Made by a program: the position numbers and the translations under genes
In this document: one piece after another, positions 32,906 through 42,852 of the stretch
How positions within the stretch are numbered: position 1 is the first letter of the stretch
Layout: each line of letters begins with the position of its first letter
The notes under the pieces: generated by a model
The model's input: the letters and a program-made list of their open reading frames with translations, nothing else
The model's database searches: none
What the model was told of the DNA's origin: nothing
Origin: Clostridia bacterium
GTDB lineage: Bacteria > Bacillota > Clostridia > Oscillospirales > CAG-272
DNA length: 64,000 bases
NCBI GenBank assembly: GCA_017935065.1
Contig: JAGBIF010000031.1
Span: 302 to 64,301 of the forward strand
Direction: 5' to 3'

Positions 32906-34000
32906 ATGAAGATACTGTATGTGACGACGGTTCCTGGGACAGTTAAGTTTTTCAAACGTTTTATAAAAGATCTGATAGATGAAGGGCATACCGTCGATAT
33001 TGCGTGTAATAATACGAAAGTAGATGTTATTCCGTACTTTTACGAGCTTGGCTGTAAGGTTTATACAATTTCAACCTCGCGCTCACCTTTGAATTTCGGT
33101 AACCTCAAGGCGATAAAGCAAATAAAAAAGCTTGTTCGGGAAAACGGCTATGATATTGTACATTGCCACACCCCTGTTGCCGCAATGTGCACGCGTCTTG
33201 CCTGCAAAGGACTAAGAAAAAAACAAGGCGTGCGTGTTATCTATACTGCTCACGGTTTTCATTTTTACGAGGGTGCGCCTAAAAAGAATTGGATTCTTTT
33301 TTACCCGATTGAAAAGCTTTGCGCAAGATACACCGATGTGCTGATTACAATAAATCAAGAGGACTTCGCGCTTGCCAAAAAGAAAATGAAGGCAAAGCAG
33401 GTGGTATATGTTCCTGGCGTTGGAATAGACCTTGAGCGTTTTAGCAGTATTTTTATCAATAAGGCGGAAAAGCGTCGAGAGATAGGTGTTCCCGAAGAAA
33501 CAGCATTGCTTTTTTCGGTAGGGGAGCTTAATGAAAACAAGAATCAAGCCACTGTTATAAAGGCCATAAAGGACCTGGACATTCATTATGCTATCGCAGG
33601 TGAGGGACCTTCAAAGAATGCACTAGCTGTATTAAGCGAAGAGCTTGGTATAAGTGATAGAGTACATTTTCTTGGGTATCGAACCGATGTCCTTGAAATT
33701 TATCTCGCCTCGGATTTTTATGCCTTCCCTTCTTATCGAGAGGGACTTTCCGTTGCGCTAATGGAAGCAATGGCTTCAGGGCTTCCTGTTGCTTGCAGTA
33801 GAATTCGCGGAAATACAGATCTCATAGATGAAAACGGCGGTATGCTTTTTAATCCGCATAGCGTTGAAGAATGCAAAGTTGCCATTTCTTCATTATTGTC
33901 CTGCGACATAAATGAAATGGGGAAATATAACAAAGAAAAGGTAAAAGGCTTTTCATATGATGTTGTGAAAAGCATGTTGGTGGATATGTATAACCAATAG
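32906..34000 (+). CDS. Glycosyltransferase family 4
   Basis: 364 aa with the C-terminal EGL..ALMEAMASGLPV (E-x7-E region). Confidence 0.8.
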   Translation: MKILYVTTVPGTVKFFKRFIKDLIDEGHTVDIACNNTKVDVIPYFYELGCKVYTISTSRSPLNFGNLKAIKQIKKLVRENGYDIVHCHTPVAAMCTRLACKGLRKKQGVRVIYTAHGFHFYEGAPKKNWILFYPIEKLCARYTDVLITINQEDFALAKKKMKAKQVVYVPGVGIDLERFSSIFINKAEKRREIGVPEETALLFSVGELNENKNQATVIKAIKDLDIHYAIAGEGPSKNALAVLSEELGISDRVHFLGYRTDVLEIYLASDFYAFPSYREGLSVALMEAMASGLPVACSRIRGNTDLIDENGGMLFNPHSVEECKVAISSLLSCDINEMGKYNKEKVKGFSYDVVKSMLVDMYNQ

Positions 34001-34021
34001 TAATTAATTTTGAAGGTGCTT

Positions 34022-35068
34022 ATGAGGATATTACACATTTTGCCTACGAGAAGGTTTTCGGGAGCTGAAAATGTTATATGTCAGATAATAGATATGTTTA
34101 AAGACGATTCTGACATCGAAATGGTATATTGCAGTCCTGAAGGCAGTATAAGAGATGCTTTATTGGCTAGAGATGTTGCTTTTTTACCGCTTGACAAGTT
34201 TAGCAAGCAAGAAATAAAAAGGGCGATCAATGAGTATGCACCAGATATAATTCACGCTCACGACATGCGTGCGGCGTATTTAACTGTTAAAGTTGCGGGG
34301 CGTATTCCTGTTATTTGTCATATTCACAACAATGACAAGGATATGATAAAAATATCAAAAAAATCAGTTGCGTTTTTGTTAAGTTCATTTAAAATTAAGC
34401 ATATTTTTTGGGTATCCGATTCTGCCTTTGACAGCTATTTATTTAAAACATTCATCAAGAAAAAATCAAGCGTTCTTTATAATGTCATATCTGTTGATGA
34501 ATGTATAAGAAAATCAAATTCAGAAATGGCGGTAGAGAATGTCGATGTTGTTTATGTAGGGCGCTTTAGCTATCAGAAGAATATAGAACGTTTTCTATAT
34601 GTGTGCAAAAAAATTGTCAATGAAATAGGAAACGTAAAAGTAGCGCTTCTTGGTGACGGACCAAATAAATCAGATCTGATAGAACTTTCCAAAGAATTGA
34701 AAATTGATAATAATGTTGAATTCCTTGGTTTCGTTGATAATCCGCTTGCTTATGTTGCTAAGTCAAAGGTTATGCTTATGACTTCAAGATTTGAAGGTAC
34801 TCCGATGGCGGCATTAGAGGCCATGGCTCTTGGCACACCAATTGTTTCAACCCCCACTGATGGACTTAAGTATATTGTTGACGAAGGGGTAACGGGTTAT
34901 CTTTCGGATGATGATGATAACCTTGCTCGAAGCGCAATTAAAATAATTTTAGATGATAGTGAATATGCTCGTTTATCTGAAGCTAGCATATTACGTTCAA
35001 AGAAGCTTAACGATGTTTCTCTTTATAGGGCTAAATTGAAGGAAGCATATGCAAGGTGCATAAAATGA
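34022..35068 (+). CDS. Glycosyltransferase family 4
   Basis: It carries the FEGTPMAALEAMALGTPIV motif. The ATG at 34022 is preceded by GAAGGTG; the track start at 34010 is a TTG. Confidence 0.8.
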   Translation: MRILHILPTRRFSGAENVICQIIDMFKDDSDIEMVYCSPEGSIRDALLARDVAFLPLDKFSKQEIKRAINEYAPDIIHAHDMRAAYLTVKVAGRIPVICHIHNNDKDMIKISKKSVAFLLSSFKIKHIFWVSDSAFDSYLFKTFIKKKSSVLYNVISVDECIRKSNSEMAVENVDVVYVGRFSYQKNIERFLYVCKKIVNEIGNVKVALLGDGPNKSDLIELSKELKIDNNVEFLGFVDNPLAYVAKSKVMLMTSRFEGTPMAALEAMALGTPIVSTPTDGLKYIVDEGVTGYLSDDDDNLARSAIKIILDDSEYARLSEASILRSKKLNDVSLYRAKLKEAYARCIK

Positions 35069-36129
35069 AGATTATTCAAGTAATACCGACACTTAGGCTT
35101 GCGGGTGCAGAGCGTATGTGTCAGGCTCTTTGTGTTCGTCTTATAGAACTGGGGCACGAAGTAACTGTAGTCAGTATGTTTAATGAAAGAACGGCTATTA
35201 CAGACGAGCTTTCGACTTTGGGGATTAAGGTTATATTTCTTGATAAAAAATATGGATTTGACCTTTCTATGATAAGAAAGCTACGAAGGGTTTTCAAGAC
35301 CGAGAAGCCCGATGCTGTTCATGTGCATTTAGCGATGCTTAAATATGCATATCCTGCGTCGTTTGGAATGAAATTCAACATTATATATACCGTTCATAAT
35401 CTTGCCGACAAGGATTCTGGAAAATACGATAGATTTGTATATAAGCTTGCTTTCCGTTCAAAGAAGGTTGTTCCTGTTGCAATAAGTGAAATTATTCGGA
35501 ATTCTATAAAAGATGTATATAAGTTGAAAGATGATGAAATTAGTGTTGTCTACAACGGTATAGATCTTAGCAGGTGTATTCCGAAAGATGATTATTCTAT
35601 AAACGGTATATTCAAAATATTGCATGTTGGAAGGTTTTCCGAACAAAAAAACCATTTAGGCTTGCTTGAGGCTTTTAAAGCATTTCACGAAAAGCATAAC
35701 GATAGCGAGCTTTTGCTTATTGGTGACGGCGAGATGAGGGAAGAAATTGAGAAATTTATTCAGCAAAACGAATTGTGTAACTCTGTAAAGCTTTTAGGAC
35801 TTCAAGATGATGTATACGGTTTTTTGCACAATGCTGATTTGTTCACTCTGCCTTCGCTTTATGAAGGCGTGCCGATATCGCTTATTGAGGCAATGGGAAC
35901 AGGGGTGCCTATCGTCGCGACTGATGTTGGCGGGGTGCCCGATATGCTTGACAAAGAAAGCGCCTTGCTTGTGCCCGCTTCGGTTGATGAGATAGCGGGG
36001 GCTTTTGAGAAATATTACAATAATCAAGCGTTGAGAGAAGAACACGGAAAAAATGCACTTGAGCGATCTAAAGCTTTTTCTGTTGGCGAGATGGGAGAAC
36101 TGTATGAGGGTATTTACCTTAGATACTAA
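35065..36129 (+). CDS. Glycosyltransferase family 4
   Basis: It carries the YEGVPISLIEAMGTGVPIV motif. The ATG at 35065 is preceded by AAGGTG. Confidence 0.8.
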   Translation: MKIIQVIPTLRLAGAERMCQALCVRLIELGHEVTVVSMFNERTAITDELSTLGIKVIFLDKKYGFDLSMIRKLRRVFKTEKPDAVHVHLAMLKYAYPASFGMKFNIIYTVHNLADKDSGKYDRFVYKLAFRSKKVVPVAISEIIRNSIKDVYKLKDDEISVVYNGIDLSRCIPKDDYSINGIFKILHVGRFSEQKNHLGLLEAFKAFHEKHNDSELLLIGDGEMREEIEKFIQQNELCNSVKLLGLQDDVYGFLHNADLFTLPSLYEGVPISLIEAMGTGVPIVATDVGGVPDMLDKESALLVPASVDEIAGAFEKYYNNQALREEHGKNALERSKAFSVGEMGELYEGIYLRY

Positions 36130-37453
36130 GATAAAAGAATGTTTGCCTGCACTTAATTTGGTATTATGCTTTCTTATTTTTTTTATAATTGCGCATTCTT
36201 TGGTTATAGGTAGCGAAACGCTGTTGTTTATAGCTATTATTCTTTCATTGGTGTACTGTGCTATCGCTAAAATTGGTAATTGTTTTTTATTAATGTGCGG
36301 TATTTCAATGTTTGAATCTGCATTTACCATTCAGGGTAGTAATGCTTGGTTTGCTTTGCTGGTTATTTTGGTCATTAGAATTATATACAAGAGTAATTTT
36401 AAATTCAAATCATTTGCATTTGCAGGCTGTTTGTTTTTGTTCGCATTAGAGTTGCTTCTTGATTTTTTTAACGGTAGCATGGGGCAATTGCTAGTAAATC
36501 TTGTAGTTGTCGTGTTTGTGTTTTGTATATTTTCCAATTTGGATAAAATTGATGTCAAACCATTTTCGATAACTTGCTCGCTTTCGCTTTCTTTTCTTTG
36601 CGTTTTATACTATTTGATTTCAATGTACGGTGGAATCGATAAGTTTATATCTGTTTTTATGACATCTAATGACGCGTACAGATTTGGTTTGGAGTATGGA
36701 GGCTCGGTTGGCGGTTCTATGGCAATCCCTTTATATTCTGCAATGATAATATCATGTGGTCTTGTATATTTGATTGTTGAAAAATCAAAACATTTTTTTC
36801 AAATGCTTTTTGTAGCCGCTTCTTCTTTTATAGCAATGTTTTTTGGTGCGATAACAATAAGCCGTTCTTTTTTTCTTTGTATGATAGTTCTACTGATGTT
36901 TCTATTAGTTTTTAAAGGAAAAAACAGTGGATCAACAAGGAATAAGTTCATATTAATCACAATAATTGTTTTTTCATTGTTGATTTTTTCGCAGTTAGAT
37001 ATATTTGACAAGATTTTTGTTGATTTAGGCTCAAGATTAAATTATGAAATTAGTCCTGAATCAGGTGGCAGATTATCAATTTGGTTAGCATGTTTTGATT
37101 TTTTATTTAGCAATCCTATTTGCCTCATATTTGGCATTGGGGCTACTAATTATATGAATATAGCACTAGAGTATAATTTGGGATTTTCCGCTGGTGCTCA
37201 TAATCTTTTGCTTGATTTAATCATGTCTTGGGGGATTGTAGGTGCGGCACTGATTGTTTGTTTGTGTGTGTTTGGTTTAAAGCGAGTTCTATCACCCAAA
37301 TGCCAGAGATTAATGCACGCGTTCCTGCCGTTGCTTGTTTATTTGACATTTTCCATGACAGCGCTTAGGTGCAATAATTTGAAAACATGGATCTTTTTAT
37401 TGGTCGCATTCTTTTTTGTAAAAAAGTATAACACAAGAGAGGATTTGTTATGA
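36104..37453 (+). CDS. wzy: O-antigen/polysaccharide polymerase (Wzy / O-antigen ligase-like)
   Basis: Polytopic membrane protein (more than 10 TM) with the Wzy_C-like segment GIGATNY...GAHNLLLDLIMSWGIVG. The start at 36104 follows GGGAG. Confidence 0.65.
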   Translation: MRVFTLDTKIKECLPALNLVLCFLIFFIIAHSLVIGSETLLFIAIILSLVYCAIAKIGNCFLLMCGISMFESAFTIQGSNAWFALLVILVIRIIYKSNFKFKSFAFAGCLFLFALELLLDFFNGSMGQLLVNLVVVVFVFCIFSNLDKIDVKPFSITCSLSLSFLCVLYYLISMYGGIDKFISVFMTSNDAYRFGLEYGGSVGGSMAIPLYSAMIISCGLVYLIVEKSKHFFQMLFVAASSFIAMFFGAITISRSFFLCMIVLLMFLLVFKGKNSGSTRNKFILITIIVFSLLIFSQLDIFDKIFVDLGSRLNYEISPESGGRLSIWLACFDFLFSNPICLIFGIGATNYMNIALEYNLGFSAGAHNLLLDLIMSWGIVGAALIVCLCVFGLKRVLSPKCQRLMHAFLPLLVYLTFSMTALRCNNLKTWIFLLVAFFFVKKYNTREDLL

Positions 37454-38169
37454 TACCAAAAAAATTGCATGCTTGCTGGTTTGGCGGGAAGCCGATCCCT
37501 GATGATGCGCAAAAATATCTTGAGTCTTGGAAGAGATTCTGTCCAGATTATGAGATTATAATTTGGAATGAAGAAAACTTCGATGTAAATTCTAACACAT
37601 ATGTTAAAGAGGCATATCAAAGTAAAAAATTTGCATTTGTTACCGACTATGTAAGGCTTAAGGTTTTATATGAGTATGGCGGTATATATATGGATACGGA
37701 TGTTGAAGTTTTAAAGCCACTAGATGATTTACTTAAGTACCCAGCTTTTTCAGGCTTTGAGGGGCCTAACCGTATTCCTACTGGAACGATGGGTGCTGAG
37801 CCTAACAATAGGTGGATAAAAATGCTTTTAGACTATTATGATGATAGGCATTTTGTTTTGCCTGACGGCAATCTAGACCTTACCACCAATGTTAAAACTA
37901 TTACCGATATAACTGTTTCAAATTATCCAATAGTATTAAATAATACTTTCCAATCGTTCGAAGATTTCGTAATGTTTCCATTTGATTACTTGTGTGCAAA
38001 GGATCTTGTAGATGGAAAAGTGAAAACAAGTGACAACACATACACTATACATCATTTTGCGGGTTCATGGACATCAAGGAAAGAGAAGTTTGTTAAATGG
38101 ATGATATCTACATTTGGATATCGTTTCGTGCATTTTCTTGTTGAAATAAAACATAAACTGTTTCGATGA
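37450..38169 (+). CDS. GT32-like glycosyltransferase (DXD sugar-binding region)
   Basis: PKKLH.CWFGG, FAFVTDYVRLKVLYEYGGIYMDTDVEVLKPLD. Confidence 0.75.
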   Translation: MIPKKLHACWFGGKPIPDDAQKYLESWKRFCPDYEIIIWNEENFDVNSNTYVKEAYQSKKFAFVTDYVRLKVLYEYGGIYMDTDVEVLKPLDDLLKYPAFSGFEGPNRIPTGTMGAEPNNRWIKMLLDYYDDRHFVLPDGNLDLTTNVKTITDITVSNYPIVLNNTFQSFEDFVMFPFDYLCAKDLVDGKVKTSDNTYTIHHFAGSWTSRKEKFVKWMISTFGYRFVHFLVEIKHKLFR

Positions 38170-38173
38170 AATT

Positions 38174-39076
38174 ATGAAGGAATTAACAATATTTACACCA
38201 GTATACAATAGAGCTAATTTAATTAGGCGTCTGTATGATAGTCTGATGAGACAGACAAATAAGGAATTCGTATGGCAAATAGTCGACGACGGTTCTACGG
38301 ATAATATAAAGCAGGTGATTGATGCTTTTAAGTCCGAGGCTGATTTTGATATAAGATATTTTTATCAAGAGAATGCAGGAAAGCATGTGGCTCATAATAC
38401 TGGCGTAGAGTTATGTGATACATTGCTGTTTTGCTGTGTGGATTCAGATGATTATCTTGTGGATAATGCAGTTGATATAATATATGAGGTTCATAAAAAA
38501 AACGAGCAATGTGATTATCTTGGCTATTATTTTAGGAAAATTGACACGGAAGGGAATATTTCTGGCGGTGATTTTCATCTTGAGAACAATGCCGTTGGAC
38601 TTCGTGAGCTATATTTCAAATACAGCTTTGTCGGCGAGTTAACCATAGTATTGAAAACTCAAATGATAAGAGAGTATGAGTTCCCAGTTTTTGATAATGA
38701 GCGCTTCGTGAGTGAGAAGGTTTTATACAACCAGTTGGATTGTATAGCCCCGATGCTATTTATTGATGAGCCGATATATATATTTGAATATCAACAGTCG
38801 GGATATACTAAAAACTCAATAAGATTGCTTTCAAACAATCCTAAGGGTGGTGCTATGGGATATATTAGCGATGCGGCATACGGTAAGGTTTTTATTGAGA
38901 GAGCGAAGGCATACAGTTCATTTTTGGCTATGAAACATATTTACAAGCTACGCGACAAGTTTCAGATAGGTTTAAAAATTCCGTTGTCAGTAAAGCTACT
39001 TGGATATCTGTTTCTTCCACATTACCGCAAATTGTTTCGAAATATAAAGAGATGCTATGGATTGGAGGAAAAATGA
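38174..39076 (+). CDS. Glycosyltransferase family 2
   Basis: LTIFTPVYNRANLIRRLYDSLMRQT...WQIVDDGSTDN ... CVDSDDYL. Confidence 0.8.
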   Translation: MKELTIFTPVYNRANLIRRLYDSLMRQTNKEFVWQIVDDGSTDNIKQVIDAFKSEADFDIRYFYQENAGKHVAHNTGVELCDTLLFCCVDSDDYLVDNAVDIIYEVHKKNEQCDYLGYYFRKIDTEGNISGGDFHLENNAVGLRELYFKYSFVGELTIVLKTQMIREYEFPVFDNERFVSEKVLYNQLDCIAPMLFIDEPIYIFEYQQSGYTKNSIRLLSNNPKGGAMGYISDAAYGKVFIERAKAYSSFLAMKHIYKLRDKFQIGLKIPLSVKLLGYLFLPHYRKLFRNIKRCYGLEEK

Positions 39077-40161
39077 GAATTGGAATAATTACTTTTCATC
39101 GTGCACTGAATTATGGGGCATTGCTTCAAGCATATGCGTTGCGTGAGGCGCTCAAGGCTTGTGGTGCAGAGACGAGTGTTATAGACTATAGGAACCCAAT
39201 TATTGAAAATATGTATTCCTATCCTTCACTCTTTCAGCGCAAGGGCTTAAAAAGCAAGATGAAGTATATTCTTCAAGGTGGGGCAGAAAAGAGGCGTAGG
39301 TCAAAATTTGAGTTTTTCAGAAAGCAATTTTTAAATTTGGGTGATAACGATTATTATACTGGCGAAGATATTTCAAAATCGCTTGAACACTTTGATAAAT
39401 TTATCACAGGAAGTGATCAGGTTTGGAATTACGATGCTCATAATTTTGATAAGAATTACTTGCTAAGCTTCGTTGGTGATAAAAAGAAAAAATTTTCCTA
39501 TGCGGCAAGCTTTGGTGTCTCGCAGTTGCCTGAAAAATATATGGAGGACTATAAGGCGCATTTAAGCGATTTTTCAGCATGTTCGGTAAGGGAAGAGCAG
39601 GGGCTGGATATTTTAAACGAATTAGGCATTACAAGCGGAAGAGTAGATGTCGATCCTACAATGCTTTTAACTAAAAATGATTGGATTAGTAATTTTAAAA
39701 TATCCGAAAAATCTGGCAAGTATATTTTTGTGTATTATTTCGAGTTGACGAATACAATGAAAGAATACATTGAACGACTTGCTACAAACACTGGTTGCTC
39801 AGTTGTTTTGGTTGGTAACCCTATAAAGTCACCGCTAAAATGTAAATGCAAGTTTCTAAGGACAGCTGATCCTGTAGAATTTATTTCCGCCTTGGCAAAT
39901 TCGACTTATGTGGTAACGAATTCGTTTCACGGAACAGCATTATCAATAATTTTAAATAAAACATTTTACGTTGAACTGCTAAAAAAACAGTCAAAGGTCA
40001 ACAGTAGAATTGAAAACATACTGAAATTGTTTTCACTTGAGGATCGCATTATTAGCGATAGTTTGAATGATTTTCAAATAAACTGGGAAGAAGTAAATGA
40101 TAAAATGGCGAAAATGAGAAAGATCTCATTGGCATATCTGGGAGAAATTGTTAATGATTAA
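39073..40161 (+). CDS. Polysaccharide pyruvyl transferase
   Basis: MRIGIITFHRALNYGALLQAYAL...GSDQVWN...SFHGTALSII is typical of PS_pyruv_trans. The start at 39073 follows GGAGG. Confidence 0.75.
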   Translation: MRIGIITFHRALNYGALLQAYALREALKACGAETSVIDYRNPIIENMYSYPSLFQRKGLKSKMKYILQGGAEKRRRSKFEFFRKQFLNLGDNDYYTGEDISKSLEHFDKFITGSDQVWNYDAHNFDKNYLLSFVGDKKKKFSYAASFGVSQLPEKYMEDYKAHLSDFSACSVREEQGLDILNELGITSGRVDVDPTMLLTKNDWISNFKISEKSGKYIFVYYFELTNTMKEYIERLATNTGCSVVLVGNPIKSPLKCKCKFLRTADPVEFISALANSTYVVTNSFHGTALSIILNKTFYVELLKKQSKVNSRIENILKLFSLEDRIISDSLNDFQINWEEVNDKMAKMRKISLAYLGEIVND

Positions 40162-41299
40162 ACACATAACCGAAAACAATTGCTTTGGTTGCTTTGCTTG
40201 CGAAAGCATATGTCCTAAATCTGCCATTAAAATCGATTCTAAAACTGGTTTTTATAAACCAGATGTTGACTCATCTCTTTGTATAGAGTGTGGGCTTTGT
40301 CTTAATATATGCCCCAAAGAGCAGAATGAAAAAAACGGAATTGATAATCAAGTAGCATATGCTATTAAACACAAAGAGAAAAGTGTGTTAAACGAAAGCA
40401 CTTCAGGCGGAGCTTTTTCTTCTATTGCGAATAGAGTTATCGAGATGAATGGAGTTGTGTATGGATGTATCACAAGCCGTAATGAAGTACGACATACAAG
40501 GACTGAATCCGATTATAGCGAAATGCGAGGCTCAAAGTATGTTCAAAGTAATTTGAGTGACATACATAATCAAATTGCAAACGATTTGAAAAACGGAAGA
40601 ATGGTTCTGTTTACAGGAACCCCCTGTCAATGTTCTTCAATGAAAAAGTTTGTAAAACAAAAGAATTTGCCAGAGGACATGCTTCTTCTCGTTGATTTTA
40701 TATGTCATGGTACCCCTAGTCCAAAAATATTTAGTGATTATATTTCTTATTGCGAAAGTAAGGCTGAGAAAAACATTAAGAAGCATTTGTTTCGACCAAA
40801 GATCAACGGTTGGACAAAGCATACGGAAGCGAATGTATTAACTGATGGCACAGTTGATTATCAGTCATATGAATCACAAATGTATAAATCAATTTTTCAT
40901 TCGCATCTTGCAATGAATGAAACCTGTTTTTCGTGCCCGTTTGCTTCAGTCGAAAGGGTGTCGGATGTTACTATGGCGGATTTTTGGGGGGTACAGAAAT
41001 CACATCCAGAGTTTTTTGATAACCGCGGGTTATCATTTGCTTTGGCTAATACAAAAAAAGGAAGGGATTTTGTACTGGGATGTATGGACATTGATATTAC
41101 CGAGGTGTCGGTTGATGATGTCGATCAACCACAGTTGCACCGTCCTTGTTCAAAGCCTGACGGATATGAAAAATTTTGGTCTGTATATAATAAAAGAGGT
41201 TTTTCATATGTAGTAAAAAAATACTATCACGGTGGATGGCTTTATCGAAAACTTAGTGACTTATATCATAAGCTGAAAATCAGGAAGAATCATGAATGA
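40154..41299 (+). CDS. Coenzyme F420 hydrogenase/dehydrogenase beta-subunit-like protein with an N-terminal 2x[4Fe-4S] ferredoxin domain
   Basis: It has the CFGCFACESICP and CIECGLCLNICP cluster motifs and an FrhB/FdhB-like body (GTPCQ). Confidence 0.7.
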   Translation: MIKHITENNCFGCFACESICPKSAIKIDSKTGFYKPDVDSSLCIECGLCLNICPKEQNEKNGIDNQVAYAIKHKEKSVLNESTSGGAFSSIANRVIEMNGVVYGCITSRNEVRHTRTESDYSEMRGSKYVQSNLSDIHNQIANDLKNGRMVLFTGTPCQCSSMKKFVKQKNLPEDMLLLVDFICHGTPSPKIFSDYISYCESKAEKNIKKHLFRPKINGWTKHTEANVLTDGTVDYQSYESQMYKSIFHSHLAMNETCFSCPFASVERVSDVTMADFWGVQKSHPEFFDNRGLSFALANTKKGRDFVLGCMDIDITEVSVDDVDQPQLHRPCSKPDGYEKFWSVYNKRGFSYVVKKYYHGGWLYRKLSDLYHKLKIRKNHE

Positions 41300-42824
41300 C
41301 AAGTCTAGAAGTTATAACACAAAACGAAATGCTATTGTAAATATCATTTCTCAATTTATAATCTTAATATTGAATTTCGCAACGCGGAAGATATTTATTG
41401 TAGCATTCGGTGAGAATTATCTTGGAATAAGTGGATTGTTTTCCAACATTTTGAGTGTATTATCGTTAGCTGAGTTAGGTGTTGGAAGCGCGATTTTGTA
41501 TTGCCTGTACAAGCCTGTATCAGAAAAAGACTATGCGCATATAAATGCACTCATTAACTATTACAAGAAGCTTTATAGAGTTATAGGAGTAATAGTTGCT
41601 TTTGTTGGTATTGCGGTTGTCCCGCTACTCAAATTTATTGTTAACATAGAGGCGGATATAGGAAATATAACGCTGTATTATTTATTATATCTTGCCAACA
41701 TAGTAGCCTCGTATTTTTTGGTATATAAAACTGCAATTTTGACGGCTGACCAAAAACACTATATAATTAAAGCATCATCCATAGCAATGCAGATAGTGCA
41801 GTTTATAGTGCTTACAATTGTTGCGCTGCTTGTTAAGGATTACACACTATATCTTGCACTTCACATTGTTTTTTCTGTTTTGACGAATGTAATAACATCT
41901 TATATTGCTAGTAGAATGTATCCGTTCATCAAAGGAAAAAATCAAATTAGCGATGATGAAAAGAAGGATATATGGAAAAATATTAAGGCATTGTTTTCCT
42001 ATCAAATTGGAAATGTTCTGATCAATCACACGGATAATATTTTGATATCAATATTAGTTAGCACCATAGTTGTAGGATTTTATTCCAACTATTCAATGGT
42101 GGTAATGGCAGTAAGCACTTTTGTTATGCTTCTATTCAATTCGGCCCAAGCGAGCATTGGAAATCTTGCGGCTAAAGAGAGCGAAGAACAGCAATATGGT
42201 GTATTCAAGAAAATGTCGCTAATAAGCTTTCTTGTCACTTCTTTTTCAGTGGTAGGATTTATATCCTTGTTTCAGGATTTTATAGAAATCATGTACACTG
42301 ATTATTATCTTATGGATTTCAAGATAGTAATTATTTGTGCGTTGAATTTTTATATGGTTAATATTCTTCAACCTGTATACTGTTACAGAAGCACCGTTGG
42401 GCTTTTTAAAGACACAAGAATGATAATGATTTATATCGCAATTATCAATATCGTTCTGTCTATTTTGCTGGGCATTGTATGGGGATTGTTCGGTATTCTT
42501 ATTGCGACATTTATTTCAAGATTATTGACGAACTTTTGGTTTGAACCTTTAGTGCTTTACAAGAAGTATTTTAAGAAATCTGTTAAGAGTTATTTCAAGG
42601 ACCAGTTGATTTATTCTTTGCTCACTCTGTTTATGGTGCTTGTAATGATAGGTATAGGCCACTTGTTGAGTTCATTGAATATATATTTGCGGTTCGTTTT
42701 GAAAATCTTGCTTTGTATTTTAATACCCTCTCTTGTGTACATTGTGAGTTTTAGAAAGAATGAACTGTTTATTCAGGTAATAGGTAAAATCAAAAAAACG
42801 GTTTTAAAGAAAAAACTTAATTGA
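41292..42824 (+). CDS. wzx: Wzx-type oligosaccharide flippase (MOP superfamily)
   Basis: 510 aa with about 14 TM. The N-terminus RNAIVNIISQFIILILNF is typical of polysaccharide biosynthesis (Polysacc_synt) proteins. Confidence 0.8.
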   Translation: MNDKSRSYNTKRNAIVNIISQFIILILNFATRKIFIVAFGENYLGISGLFSNILSVLSLAELGVGSAILYCLYKPVSEKDYAHINALINYYKKLYRVIGVIVAFVGIAVVPLLKFIVNIEADIGNITLYYLLYLANIVASYFLVYKTAILTADQKHYIIKASSIAMQIVQFIVLTIVALLVKDYTLYLALHIVFSVLTNVITSYIASRMYPFIKGKNQISDDEKKDIWKNIKALFSYQIGNVLINHTDNILISILVSTIVVGFYSNYSMVVMAVSTFVMLLFNSAQASIGNLAAKESEEQQYGVFKKMSLISFLVTSFSVVGFISLFQDFIEIMYTDYYLMDFKIVIICALNFYMVNILQPVYCYRSTVGLFKDTRMIMIYIAIINIVLSILLGIVWGLFGILIATFISRLLTNFWFEPLVLYKKYFKKSVKSYFKDQLIYSLLTLFMVLVMIGIGHLLSSLNIYLRFVLKILLCILIPSLVYIVSFRKNELFIQVIGKIKKTVLKKKLN

Positions 42825-42852
42825 TATAGGATTAATTTAGGAGTACACCCAC

